Assembly (NCBI GenBank): GCA_964459965.1
Contig: CAYWOV010000001.1
Coordinates: 1-42,944, forward strand
Reading direction: 5' to 3'
Source: an uncultured Planctomycetaceae bacterium
GTDB lineage: Bacteria > Planctomycetota > Planctomycetia > Planctomycetales > Planctomycetaceae
DNA length: 42,944 bases
Shown: positions 16,797 to 26,438 of the stretch, one piece after another
Layout: every line of letters starts with the position of its first letter
How positions within the stretch are numbered: the first letter of the stretch is position 1
Notes under the pieces: model-generated
What the model was told of the DNA's origin: nothing
The model's database searches: none
What the model saw: only the letters and a program-made list of their open reading frames with translations
Translations under genes and position numbers: made by a program

Positions 16797-17194
16797 TGCT
16801 CGGCGCGATTTTGAAGAGTTTTGAAGACAAGACCGCCGCGGTCCTGAAGGCCGCGCACGACGGCTCGGTCCGCGCGCTGCAAAAGGCGGCCTTCGCCATC
16901 TTCAAGACGGCCCAATCCGAGATCGAGCAGGACCCCAAGCCCGCGCCGCCGGGCAAGCCGCCGCACACGCGGCGGGGTCAGCTTAAACGGGCCATGCGCT
17001 ACAGTGTCGAGCGGGCCGAGGAGTACGCGGCCATCGGCCCGCGGGAAAGCCTGGTGGGCGCCTCGGCCGCCGCGCAAGAATTCGGCGGCCAGTACAAGGG
17101 CGAAGAGTATCCCCAGCGGCCCTTCATGGGCCCCGCCCTGGAAGAAAACAAGCACCTGATACCGGCCTTTTTCACGGCCGAAATCCACAACTAG
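16796..17194 (+). CDS. HK97 gp10-like neck / tail-completion protein
   Basis: The ATG overlaps the upstream TGA. Pattern HTRRGQLKRAMRY...AAIGPR...AQEFGG...PQRPFMGPALEEN is typical of the HK97 gp10 family. Confidence 0.55.
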   Translation: MLGAILKSFEDKTAAVLKAAHDGSVRALQKAAFAIFKTAQSEIEQDPKPAPPGKPPHTRRGQLKRAMRYSVERAEEYAAIGPRESLVGASAAAQEFGGQYKGEEYPQRPFMGPALEENKHLIPAFFTAEIHN

Positions 17195-17209
17195 CGAAGG
17201 AGTCTCACG

Positions 17210-17662
17210 ATGCCCAATCCGATCACCATGGGTTACGAGGGCCAGGTCATGGTCGGCCCCGCCGGCGTCACGGCCACGAACCAGTTGCTCAATACCCGCG
17301 ACATGAAGACCACGCACGATCCGGAATACGGCGAGACCACGGTCCGCGGCAACGGCAGCGCACCGCCGATGCACGCCGAAGCCCTCAGCGCGATCAAGTG
17401 GTCAATGACGCTGACCATGCTCAACAACACCAGCGACACGCTGTTGACGACCTACCTGCTGGCGGCGGCCGCCGGCAACTCGGTTTCCGGCGGGCCCCCG
17501 GGCGTGATCGCCCTGCGCACGAAGAACAATTCCGCCGGCAAGGGCTATGACGGCGACGTGAACGTCAAAGTCGAACAGGGCGCGCCGCTCAAAGGCGAAG
17601 CGACCTTGGACTTCACCTTCAGCACCAACAACAACCTGCGAGCCGCCAGCCTGTACGTCTGA
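17210..17662 (+). CDS. Major tail (tube) protein
   Basis: 150 aa in the position upstream of the chaperone and tape-measure genes. The N-terminus MGYEGQVMVGPAG...TATNQLLNTRDM is typical of siphoviral tube proteins. Confidence 0.55.
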   Translation: MPNPITMGYEGQVMVGPAGVTATNQLLNTRDMKTTHDPEYGETTVRGNGSAPPMHAEALSAIKWSMTLTMLNNTSDTLLTTYLLAAAAGNSVSGGPPGVIALRTKNNSAGKGYDGDVNVKVEQGAPLKGEATLDFTFSTNNNLRAASLYV

Positions 17663-17760
17663 CGAAGGCGGAGGGCCGAGGGCGGAAGGGGGAAGGCCGC
17701 GGGCCACGCCCTCTTGAGATCGAACCTAGAACCTAAACCCATTTCGCGGAGAATCTTCCC

Positions 17761-18390
17761 ATGACCACACCTGTGGGCAACGTCACCGGCAGCGTGCAGC
17801 TTGTGGCGTCCATCAATAACCAGGTCTTCCAGAGCGCCGTCAACGCCCAGGGGACCGTGGGCCTCAGTCCCTCGATCACCGCCCCGGCGATCGTCAGCGG
17901 CGCCGCCGGCTCGCTTGTCGAAGCCACCGGCACCACGGGGACCATCACCTTCAGCGGGCCGCACGGCCTGGCCGGCACGGAAACTTTGGCCGTCTTCTGG
18001 ACGGGCGGCTATGCCTGGAAGGTGACCATTACCTCGCAAACGACCAATAGCATCACCGTCTCGGCCGCCGCCGGCACGGCCTTCCCCGCAGGCACCACGG
18101 CCGTCAACGTCGCCGTGGGCCAGCCGATCACGGACCTCTCCATGATTGGCAGCAATCTCCAGGAGCTGATCATCAGCAGCACCCAGACCGCGTTGGTGGA
18201 TCTGTTGGACAGCGTGCCCACCAGCCGCCTGACCGAGTTGGTCGGACCGTCCAACGGCAATCCGGGTCCGTACATCTGGCCCCAGACCGCGGGCGAATCG
18301 ACGCCGTTCTCGCAGACCATCGTCGACGTGATGGTCTACAACAACTCGACCCAATCGGCCGTCTTCACGCTGCTGGCCGTGATGGCGTAA
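17761..18390 (+). CDS. Hypothetical tail-region structural protein
   Basis: 209 aa, Thr/Ser/Gly-rich and beta-rich, located between the tube and chaperone genes. Confidence 0.5.
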   Translation: MTTPVGNVTGSVQLVASINNQVFQSAVNAQGTVGLSPSITAPAIVSGAAGSLVEATGTTGTITFSGPHGLAGTETLAVFWTGGYAWKVTITSQTTNSITVSAAAGTAFPAGTTAVNVAVGQPITDLSMIGSNLQELIISSTQTALVDLLDSVPTSRLTELVGPSNGNPGPYIWPQTAGESTPFSQTIVDVMVYNNSTQSAVFTLLAVMA

Positions 18391-18454
18391 CGCCAGGGGC
18401 CAGGAACCGGGGACCCGGGAAACGAAACCTTTTGCAAAGCGGGAGAAACGATAC

Positions 18455-19015
18455 GTGATCACGATGACCGACGAAAAGGGGCGGCAGTGGGCCGTCCCCA
18501 TCAACGTGCTGACCATCGGCCGGGTCCGCGACGAGCTGAAGCTGAACCTGTTGGAAGTTTTGCTGGAGGATAGCAAGCTCGTGGAAACGCTCTTGGGCGA
18601 TGTGGTGGACCTGGCCCGCGTGCTCTGGCTTCTCTGCAAGGATCAGGCGGACGTCAACACCAGCCAGGAAGACTTCTACGCCTCGCTCAGCCGCGACGCC
18701 CTGGAAGACGGCCTGCGGGGGATTCTGGAAGGTGTGGTAAATTTTTCCCCCAGGCCGCTGCGTCCGGCCTACCAGAAGGTGCTGGAGAAGATGCTGGCCT
18801 TCCGGGCGGCGGAGGAGAAGCGGATCAAGCGGGCGATCGACTCGCCGGAGTTCGATCAGAGACTCGACAAGGAGATCGCCAAAGGCTTTGGCCCCCGCCC
18901 GACGGCCGCAAGTGGGCGGAGGAAACGTACTGGCGATGCTTCGAACTGGCCGGCGTCGCCGGCATCGACCTCGCCGAGCCCGCCGCCGCCGCCAGGCACA
19001 GCCTCCGCAGCCTGA
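18455..19015 (+). CDS. Tail assembly chaperone (gpG-like, frame-0 product)
   Basis: Lies directly upstream of the tape measure. The last 40 codons or so are Pro/Ser/Ala junk, while the -1 frame becomes protein-like. Confidence 0.65.
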   Translation: MITMTDEKGRQWAVPINVLTIGRVRDELKLNLLEVLLEDSKLVETLLGDVVDLARVLWLLCKDQADVNTSQEDFYASLSRDALEDGLRGILEGVVNFSPRPLRPAYQKVLEKMLAFRAAEEKRIKRAIDSPEFDQRLDKEIAKGFGPRPTAASGRRKRTGDASNWPASPASTSPSPPPPPGTASAA

Positions 19016-19230
19016 CGCCCCTGGCCCGCGCGGCGTGGACCTCGACGGCCTGGCTGTGCGCGGCCGTGGCCAACGTGTTTTGCATGGACCGAAAGAACCT
19101 GCGGCAGCCGGCCGACTTCGACCCCTTCGGCCTGTTGGGCGACGGCGTGGAAAGGCCGGGGGAAAAGGTGTTGCCTTACGATCCGGTCCGCGAAGAGGAG
19201 ATGGCCCGCGGCATTTTCAGACCCGTGTAA
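18455..19230 (+). CDS. Tail assembly chaperone gpGT-like product made by a -1 programmed frameshift
   Basis: The -1 frame is open and protein-like from about 18895 to the TAA at 19228-19230 (KWAEETYWRCFELAGVAGIDLAEP...). It has no in-frame start codon for more than 300 nt upstream. Confidence 0.55.
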
Positions 19231-19381
19231 GAGACTCACGCAAAGGCGCAGAGGCGCGAAGGAGGAAGAATAGGAGCCGGACTTAAATGGCCTGGGTTGG
19301 CGCGGGCTGACTGCCCGCGAATTCCCCTCCCTCTTTCTTTGCGCGGTTTGCGCCTTTGCGTGAGACCCGTTTGGTGCGACT

Positions 19382-22351
19382 ATGGGTTCTACCTCTGACA
19401 TCCTTGCCGGCCGGGCGGCCGTCGAGCTGTACCTGAACAAGTCCCTCTTGACGAAGGGTCTCAAGACGGTCTCGGCGGAATTCCGCGCGTTCGGAGCCGG
19501 TTTATCCAGCATTGGAAAAACGTTCATGGCGTTGGGGGCGGGGATCACCGCGCCGCTGTTGCTGGCGGCCCACTCCTGGGCGAGTTCCGGGGCGGAGCTG
19601 GCGAGGATGAGCCAGCGCACGGGGATGGCAGTCGAATCGCTCTCGGCCCTGAAATTCGCGGCCGAGCAGACGGGCACCGGCTTCGACCAGGTGGAAGCGG
19701 GTGTGAAGCGGATGCAGCGCTCGATCATCGAGGCGGCCAAGGGCAGCGACAAGGGTCTTCCTTTTTTGCGCGGCCTGGCGACGCTGGACGCCGACAAGCA
19801 GCTTGCCGCGATCGCCGACAAACTGGCGGGCATTGCCAATCCGGCGGAGAAGGCGGCCGTGGCGATGCAGATCTTCGGCCGCGGCGGCACCGCCATGTTG
19901 CCCATGCTTTCGCGAGGGGCCGCCGGCCTGGCCGAGTGGCGCAAGGAGGCAGAGGACGCCGGCCAGATTCGCAGCAAGGAGCAGGTCCAGGCGGCCTTGC
20001 AACTGTCGATCGCCTGGACGCGCGTGACGGGCTCGCTGATGAGCATGAAGAACACGATCGCCGCGGCCATCGCCCCGCTGCTGACGCGGTTCTTGACCGG
20101 GATGCGGCAGAATGTGCTTACGGCCCGCGATTGGATGAAGTTGCACGGTCCGCTGCTGGTGAACATTTTCAAGATCGGCGCGGCGGCCACGGTTGCCGGC
20201 GCCGCGCTCTATGCCCTGGGAAAGATGGTCGGCGGCATCGGCACGCTCTTCGGCCTGGGGGCGAAGGCGATCATGGGACTCGGTCACGCCGTCACGCTCA
20301 TGCTGATGCCGATCAAGCTCGCGGGCGGTGTGTTTGCGTCACTGCTCTCCGGCGTCTTCTCCCTTATGCAGACCGTCGTTACGGCGGCGGCGGAAGCGAT
20401 CGGCGGCGTCTTCAGCGCGGCGCTTTGGGGGGCCAAAACCGCGGCCGGGGCCGCCACGGCGGGGATCGAATTGTTTGCCTCGGCGGCGATCGGACTCGTC
20501 AAAGGCGGTTTCACCGCGGTCCAGGTCGGCGCCTCGTTGGCCGCCGCTGGCTTCGAGCTTTTCCGCGGCGCCGTGGCACTGACGGCCAAGGGTCTTTCCC
20601 TCGCCGGCGACGTGCTCACTGCCGTGGGATCTGCCATCGCCGCCGGGGCCCGATCCATCAGCGAGTTTTTCGCGATCATAACGGATGGCATCGGTGTCAT
20701 CGGCCTGTTGGTGCGATGCTGGGAAGATCTTCTGGAGACGACGCCCAAAGTAGCCGCAGCACTCGTGAGCGGGGTGGTGGACGGCTTCAAAATGTTTGTC
20801 ACCACCTGTGCCACAGCCGTCACCGCGATCAGAATGACGGTCGATGAAATGGGCGCGCTGGCCACGATCATGTACACGGTCAGCGAGGTTGCCGGCGTGG
20901 CCGGCGACGCCGTTAAGGCCGCGGCTGCCGCGGCTCTGTCGGCAGCCAATCTGGGCGTGATTTTCACGTCGCTCGGCGCCGCGCTGGCGGCGGCCTTGCC
21001 CGCATTGGTACTGATCCTTCCCGCCATTTTGCTCATCCGCTCGGCCCTGGGAGCGGCGGTGAACGGGCTGCATTCGGCGGCTGTTGCCGCTGGCGCGGCG
21101 GCCAAGGCCGGCTTCTCCACGGCCGCCGCCGCCGCCAAACGGGCCTATGGCGACATCGTCTCCAGCGTCCGCGCCGCAACGCCCGCGATCAGCGGCGGCA
21201 TGCAGTCTTGGGAGCAGAGCCTGAAGTCCTTTGCCCTCAGCGTCGGCAGCGTCACCCGCCAGGTGTTTGCGAAGCTCTGGGGCGACGTGAAGGCCGGCTT
21301 TGCCCACCTGGTGGCCGACGTGGGCGGCTCCTGGGATCTTTTGCAAGCGCTCTTGAGCGGCGGCAAATTCGGCGAGGCCTTCGCCTTGGGCCTGGCGGTG
21401 ATGAAGGTCGAATGGGTCCGCTTCAAAAACTACCTCTTAGATAGCTGGCAGACGCTTAAGCCGGGATTCGACGCGATGGTGACCAACGTGGCCGCGGGCA
21501 TCGGCATGGCGGCCGCCACGCTGGCGGACATTTTCGCCGGCCTGAAAATCGCTTGGGGCGACGTGTTCGACGCGGCCCTGGGAGGCCTGCGCAAGTTTCT
21601 CGATTTGCTGGACAGTGCGATCGCCACACTCAAGGAGTGGGGCGCCAAGGTCCAGGCCGCCACGGGCAACGATCCCGTCGCAGCCTTTGAGGAAGCGCAA
21701 CGTCTACGGGCGCAGATCGCGAAGAATCGCAAGGAGGGCCACAAGGGCAGCATCGAAGGGATGCAGTACGTCGACAACGAGGAGCTTGAGGAGCGGGCCC
21801 AAGCGCAGCTTGCCATCTACAACGCGAACAAGTGGACTTCCGGCGCCAGCGCCCCCCTGTCGTCAATGCTTCCCGGCGCCCGCACGCCCGCGCAGAAAGC
21901 GGCCGATGACAAGGCGGCCCGCGATGCGGCGAAGACAGCCGGCGATCAGGCCAAGGGGATCGCGGCGTCGATCGGCAATGCGATCAAATCGGGCACCGTT
22001 TTGCCCGGCGGCGATCCGGCCGAACTTGCCCGGGCGCAAGCCGAGCAGAAGGACGCGCAGAAGGCGGCGGCGGCGGCCGCGGCGGATATTGCTCGCAAGC
22101 AGAAAGAGCAGCGCGATAAGATGCTCGCCGGCGCCGGCGGGCCCGAAGGTCTGGGCCTCGCCATGACGCTGGGCTCCAACGCCTCCCGCGGCACCTTCAG
22201 CGCCTCGGCCGTGTCCGGCCTGGGCATGGGCGGCGGCCTGCTCTCCGAAACGCGCAAGGTGGCGGCGCATACGGCCAGAACGGCGGAGGCCACGGCGGAA
22301 GTCAACCGGGCCGTGTACGCCCTGACCGGCGCGCTGAAGATGGCCAACTGA
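19382..22351 (+). CDS. Tail tape measure protein
   Basis: 989 aa, Ala/Gly-rich with long hydrophobic helices. N-terminal core AELARMSQRTGMAVESLSALKFAAEQTGTGFDQVEAGVKRMQ. Confidence 0.9.
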   Translation: MGSTSDILAGRAAVELYLNKSLLTKGLKTVSAEFRAFGAGLSSIGKTFMALGAGITAPLLLAAHSWASSGAELARMSQRTGMAVESLSALKFAAEQTGTGFDQVEAGVKRMQRSIIEAAKGSDKGLPFLRGLATLDADKQLAAIADKLAGIANPAEKAAVAMQIFGRGGTAMLPMLSRGAAGLAEWRKEAEDAGQIRSKEQVQAALQLSIAWTRVTGSLMSMKNTIAAAIAPLLTRFLTGMRQNVLTARDWMKLHGPLLVNIFKIGAAATVAGAALYALGKMVGGIGTLFGLGAKAIMGLGHAVTLMLMPIKLAGGVFASLLSGVFSLMQTVVTAAAEAIGGVFSAALWGAKTAAGAATAGIELFASAAIGLVKGGFTAVQVGASLAAAGFELFRGAVALTAKGLSLAGDVLTAVGSAIAAGARSISEFFAIITDGIGVIGLLVRCWEDLLETTPKVAAALVSGVVDGFKMFVTTCATAVTAIRMTVDEMGALATIMYTVSEVAGVAGDAVKAAAAAALSAANLGVIFTSLGAALAAALPALVLILPAILLIRSALGAAVNGLHSAAVAAGAAAKAGFSTAAAAAKRAYGDIVSSVRAATPAISGGMQSWEQSLKSFALSVGSVTRQVFAKLWGDVKAGFAHLVADVGGSWDLLQALLSGGKFGEAFALGLAVMKVEWVRFKNYLLDSWQTLKPGFDAMVTNVAAGIGMAAATLADIFAGLKIAWGDVFDAALGGLRKFLDLLDSAIATLKEWGAKVQAATGNDPVAAFEEAQRLRAQIAKNRKEGHKGSIEGMQYVDNEELEERAQAQLAIYNANKWTSGASAPLSSMLPGARTPAQKAADDKAARDAAKTAGDQAKGIAASIGNAIKSGTVLPGGDPAELARAQAEQKDAQKAAAAAAADIARKQKEQRDKMLAGAGGPEGLGLAMTLGSNASRGTFSASAVSGLGMGGGLLSETRKVAAHTARTAEATAEVNRAVYALTGALKMAN

Positions 22352-22364
22352 CGAGGCGACAAGT

Positions 22365-23231
22365 ATGACCATGCAGATCACCTGGGGCGGCCGGCCCAAC
22401 AGTTACCGCACCAAGACCAATCCCCGCGAGGACAGCCAAGGCTACGTCTTGACCGGGGTCTCGACAATGGCCATGGCCAAGGTCTACGCCGGCCTGTATT
22501 CGCCCTGGGCGATGCTCACGCCCGACGGCTTCACACTCTATCGCACCAACATCGACGCCACCGAGGCCGGCTTTTTGCTCTGGCACATCGACGTTTCCTA
22601 TTCGACGTTCCCGCGGAAGGAACCGCAGGCCGGCGACCAGTCCTGGAACTTCGACACCCTCGGCGCCACCAAACACGTCACCCAATCGCTCTCGACGACC
22701 TGGTATGGGGCCAACCCCGCCCTGCTGCCCAACGGCGGCGAGAACTATCAGGGCGCGATCGGCGTCAACGAGAATGGCGATGTGGAGGGCGTCGACGTGG
22801 TGGATCGGTCCTACAAATGGACCGAAACGTGGAAATTGCCGCTGAGCCAGTTCGGCTGGTCGTATTCTCTCCTCCTCGGCCAGCTCACCGGCACGATTAA
22901 CCAGGCCAGCTTTCGCGGACTGGCTCCCGACTGCGTGCTCTTTGAGGGCGCGCAAGGCGGCATGTCGCGTCAGGACCCGAGCCTGCTGGACGTGACGTAT
23001 CATTTCAACTACTCGCCCGAACGCGATGATTTTTCCATCGCCGGTGTCACGGGAATTTCCAAGGTTGGACAAGATTATCTGTGGGTCAGCTACAAGACCA
23101 AGATGGGCGCCAACCGCAAGATCAAGGTCCCGGCGCAGGTCAACGTCGAGCGGCTCTTCAACGAGCAAGACTTCTCCCAGTTCGGCATCGGCAGCAGCGG
23201 ATTGGTCTATGGCCAGGTCGCACAGTTTTGA
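22365..23231 (+). CDS. Distal tail protein (call is position-based)
   Basis: First ORF after the tape measure. 288 aa. Confidence 0.5.
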   Translation: MTMQITWGGRPNSYRTKTNPREDSQGYVLTGVSTMAMAKVYAGLYSPWAMLTPDGFTLYRTNIDATEAGFLLWHIDVSYSTFPRKEPQAGDQSWNFDTLGATKHVTQSLSTTWYGANPALLPNGGENYQGAIGVNENGDVEGVDVVDRSYKWTETWKLPLSQFGWSYSLLLGQLTGTINQASFRGLAPDCVLFEGAQGGMSRQDPSLLDVTYHFNYSPERDDFSIAGVTGISKVGQDYLWVSYKTKMGANRKIKVPAQVNVERLFNEQDFSQFGIGSSGLVYGQVAQF

Positions 23232-23243
23232 CGAGCACACCGC

Positions 23244-24989
23244 ATGGCGGCTTTCGACAAACTACCGGCCGGCTCCCTGGTGACGGGTATCAGCCTCACA
23301 GCCTACAACCGCTTGATGGACATGCTGCGCTGGTGGCAGACCCAGGCCTTTCAAAGCGGCGCCGGCGACGTGATCCGCGGCGCGCAGGACGCCTGCATTT
23401 TCGACGTGGTGAACAACTCGGGCTCGGCGCAGCCCTGGGGCGGGATTCTCGGCATCGACTCGCCGGCCATCCTGCCGGCCAACGACGTCGACGGCTTCCG
23501 GCAGAAGCCCATTTTCAACGGCGTCACGCCCGCCGTGCCGACCCATATCGGCAAGTGGGTTGTGCTCCTTGACGCCGTGCCCAGCGGCGGCATGTGCCCC
23601 TGCGCGGCGGCGGGCGTGGTGCCGGTGCAGGTTTTCGTCAATGCGACCACGGATCAGTATTGCGACGTGCCGGCGGCGCAGACGGCGGGCAGTACTACCG
23701 TCTACCTGAGCACGGGGGCGAGCGGGGCGGAAATCCTGTGGCTTGACCCCAGCGCCACAGTGCATGGCATCTATTGGGCCGTCGTGCGGCTGGGCGAAGA
23801 CCAGCCCTTGATTCCGTTCATGCTTTCCGGCGACGGACCGGAGACGGGAGGAACCGACGCCTATCTTCTCAATCCAGACGGCAGCCCCAATACGAGCGTG
23901 CCGATGGTCAAGGTCTATTCATCGCCGCAGTTTTCCGGCTATGGCTGGGGATGCACGCATGGCGGCGGAACGGTCTCCGCGCCCCTGATCGGGCCGGCGT
24001 ATGGCTTGTTCCGGGCCGGCCCGAACGGACAAAACATTGTGGCGACGATGACCACCCTAGCGCTGGTTGTGGGAACAACCACGGCTGAAGTGGCCCCAAT
24101 GGGCACCTTCACGCTGAGCAACCCGATTGGCGTCCCTTTCGGTCAACGGCCGACAAACCCAACGCACCTTCCGAATCTTACAGTCGGCAACAACAGCGGC
24201 GGCACCATTCCGGCCGGCTCGCAAGTTCTTTGCGGCTTGTGGGATAGTCCGGACTATAGCACGCTGCTTGTCATCCCGACCGGGAGTTGCCACCTGATGT
24301 TCGGCGTTGGTCCTGCTTCAACCCAGACGGCAGCCAATGCTACCTTTACGGCTGTTGGTCCGTTCGTCTCTCTCGACGGCAATCCGGTGCCGTCCGGTAG
24401 CAGCGTGACCGCGCTCAACTGGCCGTACATTCTGCCTGCTGGAAACCAACCCATCATCCTCACGCTCATCACTTCGGGTACATCGAGCGGCCAGTGGGCG
24501 GTGGTGTCGGCACCGCCGCCCGCGCGGAGGATGCTCGTCACGGCGCCTGCCGCGGCGACGGCTGCCGGCGCTGTATTCACGCCCGCTGCCATGTCGGCCG
24601 AGGATGAGGGAATCCTGCCGCAATCCATTCCCAACGTCACGAACTGGGAGCATATCCTGCCGCCCAACGTAACCTCGGTCCACGTGGAATGGGCCGACAA
24701 CACGGGCACTGACTGGATTGTCTGTCGGGCGCCAGAATTCGCCAAGAGAATCATTGGTACTTGTGCTGATGCGGCGGACGCGAACGCGGCCTACACGCTC
24801 TCCTCTCTCTCGGCGATGGACGAGGGCGTGCTGCCGGCAGACACCATCCAGGTGCAAAACTACGGCACGTCGATCGACGCCGGCACGAGCAACGTGGTTG
24901 TCGAAACGAACGGCCAGTGGGACGCCAGCAACGCCGGCGCGGGACAGTACCGCACCATCGACGCCGATTGCCCCGGCAGCGGGAGCTAA
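23244..24989 (+). CDS. Tail tip / baseplate-hub-like protein with four C-terminal tandem repeat modules
   Basis: Second ORF after the tape measure, 581 aa. The C-terminal half has four degenerate repeats of about 70 aa. Confidence 0.5.
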   Translation: MAAFDKLPAGSLVTGISLTAYNRLMDMLRWWQTQAFQSGAGDVIRGAQDACIFDVVNNSGSAQPWGGILGIDSPAILPANDVDGFRQKPIFNGVTPAVPTHIGKWVVLLDAVPSGGMCPCAAAGVVPVQVFVNATTDQYCDVPAAQTAGSTTVYLSTGASGAEILWLDPSATVHGIYWAVVRLGEDQPLIPFMLSGDGPETGGTDAYLLNPDGSPNTSVPMVKVYSSPQFSGYGWGCTHGGGTVSAPLIGPAYGLFRAGPNGQNIVATMTTLALVVGTTTAEVAPMGTFTLSNPIGVPFGQRPTNPTHLPNLTVGNNSGGTIPAGSQVLCGLWDSPDYSTLLVIPTGSCHLMFGVGPASTQTAANATFTAVGPFVSLDGNPVPSGSSVTALNWPYILPAGNQPIILTLITSGTSSGQWAVVSAPPPARRMLVTAPAAATAAGAVFTPAAMSAEDEGILPQSIPNVTNWEHILPPNVTSVHVEWADNTGTDWIVCRAPEFAKRIIGTCADAADANAAYTLSSLSAMDEGVLPADTIQVQNYGTSIDAGTSNVVVETNGQWDASNAGAGQYRTIDADCPGSGS

Positions 24990-24992
24990 GGC

Positions 24993-25439
24993 ATGTCTCA
25001 GCGCAAGTGCTTCTGCTCCTGCAACTGTTGCTCGGCCGGAACAATGCAAAACAACTATTCAGTTCCGCTGTCTGGTTTCACAACCCTGTTTCTCGGTAGC
25101 CCATGTACCGATTGCGCCTCGCTAAACAACACGCGCATTGTGCAATGGAGTGGGATGGACAAGGGCATTCAGGGCGGCTGCTGTTGGAAATACATCTTTG
25201 ATCCGCCAATCTGTGGAGTCGGGCAAGTCCAACTGATCCTGAACTGTGGCGCTGAGTCGGCCGAGTGGCAGCTATACCTCACCGATGCCGATGGCTCCGA
25301 AACGCTAGGATATTGGAACGCGGACGTACCTGGGGGACCGACGATTGATTGTTCGCAACCTATAACGCTGACTTTCGGCAGTCAAGCCATGCCAGGCTGC
25401 AACGTCAGCTTACCAACGATTGTGGTATCTGCCGCATGA
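24993..25439 (+). CDS. Cys-rich tail-module protein, unknown function
   Basis: 148 aa with N-terminal CFCSCNCC and about 14 Cys in total. GC is visibly lower than in the flanks. Confidence 0.55.
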   Translation: MSQRKCFCSCNCCSAGTMQNNYSVPLSGFTTLFLGSPCTDCASLNNTRIVQWSGMDKGIQGGCCWKYIFDPPICGVGQVQLILNCGAESAEWQLYLTDADGSETLGYWNADVPGGPTIDCSQPITLTFGSQAMPGCNVSLPTIVVSAA

Positions 25440-25807
25440 TCGACTGTATCGCCGACAGCACCGGCACGCGATGCGTCAACTGCGGCTGGGCGTGGAAACG
25501 CGGCGGACCGTTCCCACGGCGCAACTGCAACGTTCAGCCCGACCTCGCCCCGGCGGCCGAGCGCCTGGGCGTCACGCTGGCCAATGCCTACCACTACGCC
25601 GGCGCCTTGCTCCGCTGGTCCGCGGCCGGCTTCCCCACGCGCACCCCCGAGGAAGTCGAGACAATCGTGGCCGTCTGCCAGGCCTGCGACCGCTACGCCG
25701 GCCAGCGCTGCCGGGAGTGCGGCTGCCGCATCACGGCCAAGGGCCCGGCCATCCGCAACAAGGCGGCCATGGCGACGGAGGCCTGCCCGCTTCAGAAATG
25801 GCGATAA
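25436..25807 (+). CDS. Cys-rich (zinc-binding-like) protein
   Basis: ATGA overlap with the upstream ORF. Motifs CVNCGW...C and CQACDRYAGQRCRECGC...ACPLQKW. Confidence 0.5.
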   Translation: MIDCIADSTGTRCVNCGWAWKRGGPFPRRNCNVQPDLAPAAERLGVTLANAYHYAGALLRWSAAGFPTRTPEEVETIVAVCQACDRYAGQRCRECGCRITAKGPAIRNKAAMATEACPLQKWR

Positions 25808-25838
25808 ATAGATTACGCTTCGAGAAAGGAACCTTCCC

Positions 25839-26393
25839 ATGTTTCGCCCCAATTTTTCGTTGCTAACCTTTGTGTTCCTGGTCGCGGCGATCGCCGCCGG
25901 CCCGTCTTCCCCTGGCCCCCATCCGCCGGCCCCCGGCCCCTGTTCCGCATGCCCGGCCGCTGCCGCCTGGTCGGTTTACTTCTCCCCGGCGGGCGGCTGC
26001 ACGGAGGCCGTCGTCCGCGAGATCGCCGCGGCCAAGAAAACGATCCTGGTGCAGGCCTACAACTTCAGCTCGCCGCCGATCGCCGCGGCGTTGCTGGCGG
26101 CCCACCGCCGCGGCGTCGACGTCCAGGTGATCGAAGACAAGCGGGCCAGCGGCGAAAAGAAGTGCCAGGTGCCCGTGCTCCGCAAGGCGGGCATCAAGGT
26201 GCTGCTCGATGGCGTCCACCCCATCGCCCACAACAAGGTGATGGTCATCGACGCCGCCACGGTGCTGACCGGGAGCTTCAACTGGAGCACCGAGGCCGAG
26301 CGGAACGCGGAGAATCTTTTGGTCATCCGCGACGCGGCCCTGGCCGCCAAGTATGCGGCCAACTGGCAGGCGCACGCCGCGCACTCGAAGTAG
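25839..26393 (+). CDS. Secreted PLD-family nuclease (Nuc-like)
   Basis: N-terminal signal/anchor FSLLTFVFLVAAIAA. HKD motif HNKVMVID followed by GSFNWS. Collinear by eye with plasmid-type Nuc endonucleases. Confidence 0.85.
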   Translation: MFRPNFSLLTFVFLVAAIAAGPSSPGPHPPAPGPCSACPAAAAWSVYFSPAGGCTEAVVREIAAAKKTILVQAYNFSSPPIAAALLAAHRRGVDVQVIEDKRASGEKKCQVPVLRKAGIKVLLDGVHPIAHNKVMVIDAATVLTGSFNWSTEAERNAENLLVIRDAALAAKYAANWQAHAAHSK

Positions 26394-26438
26394 GGAATTT
26401 AGAGACCAGGGATTTTGCCGCCCTCTCCCCTGCCGCGA

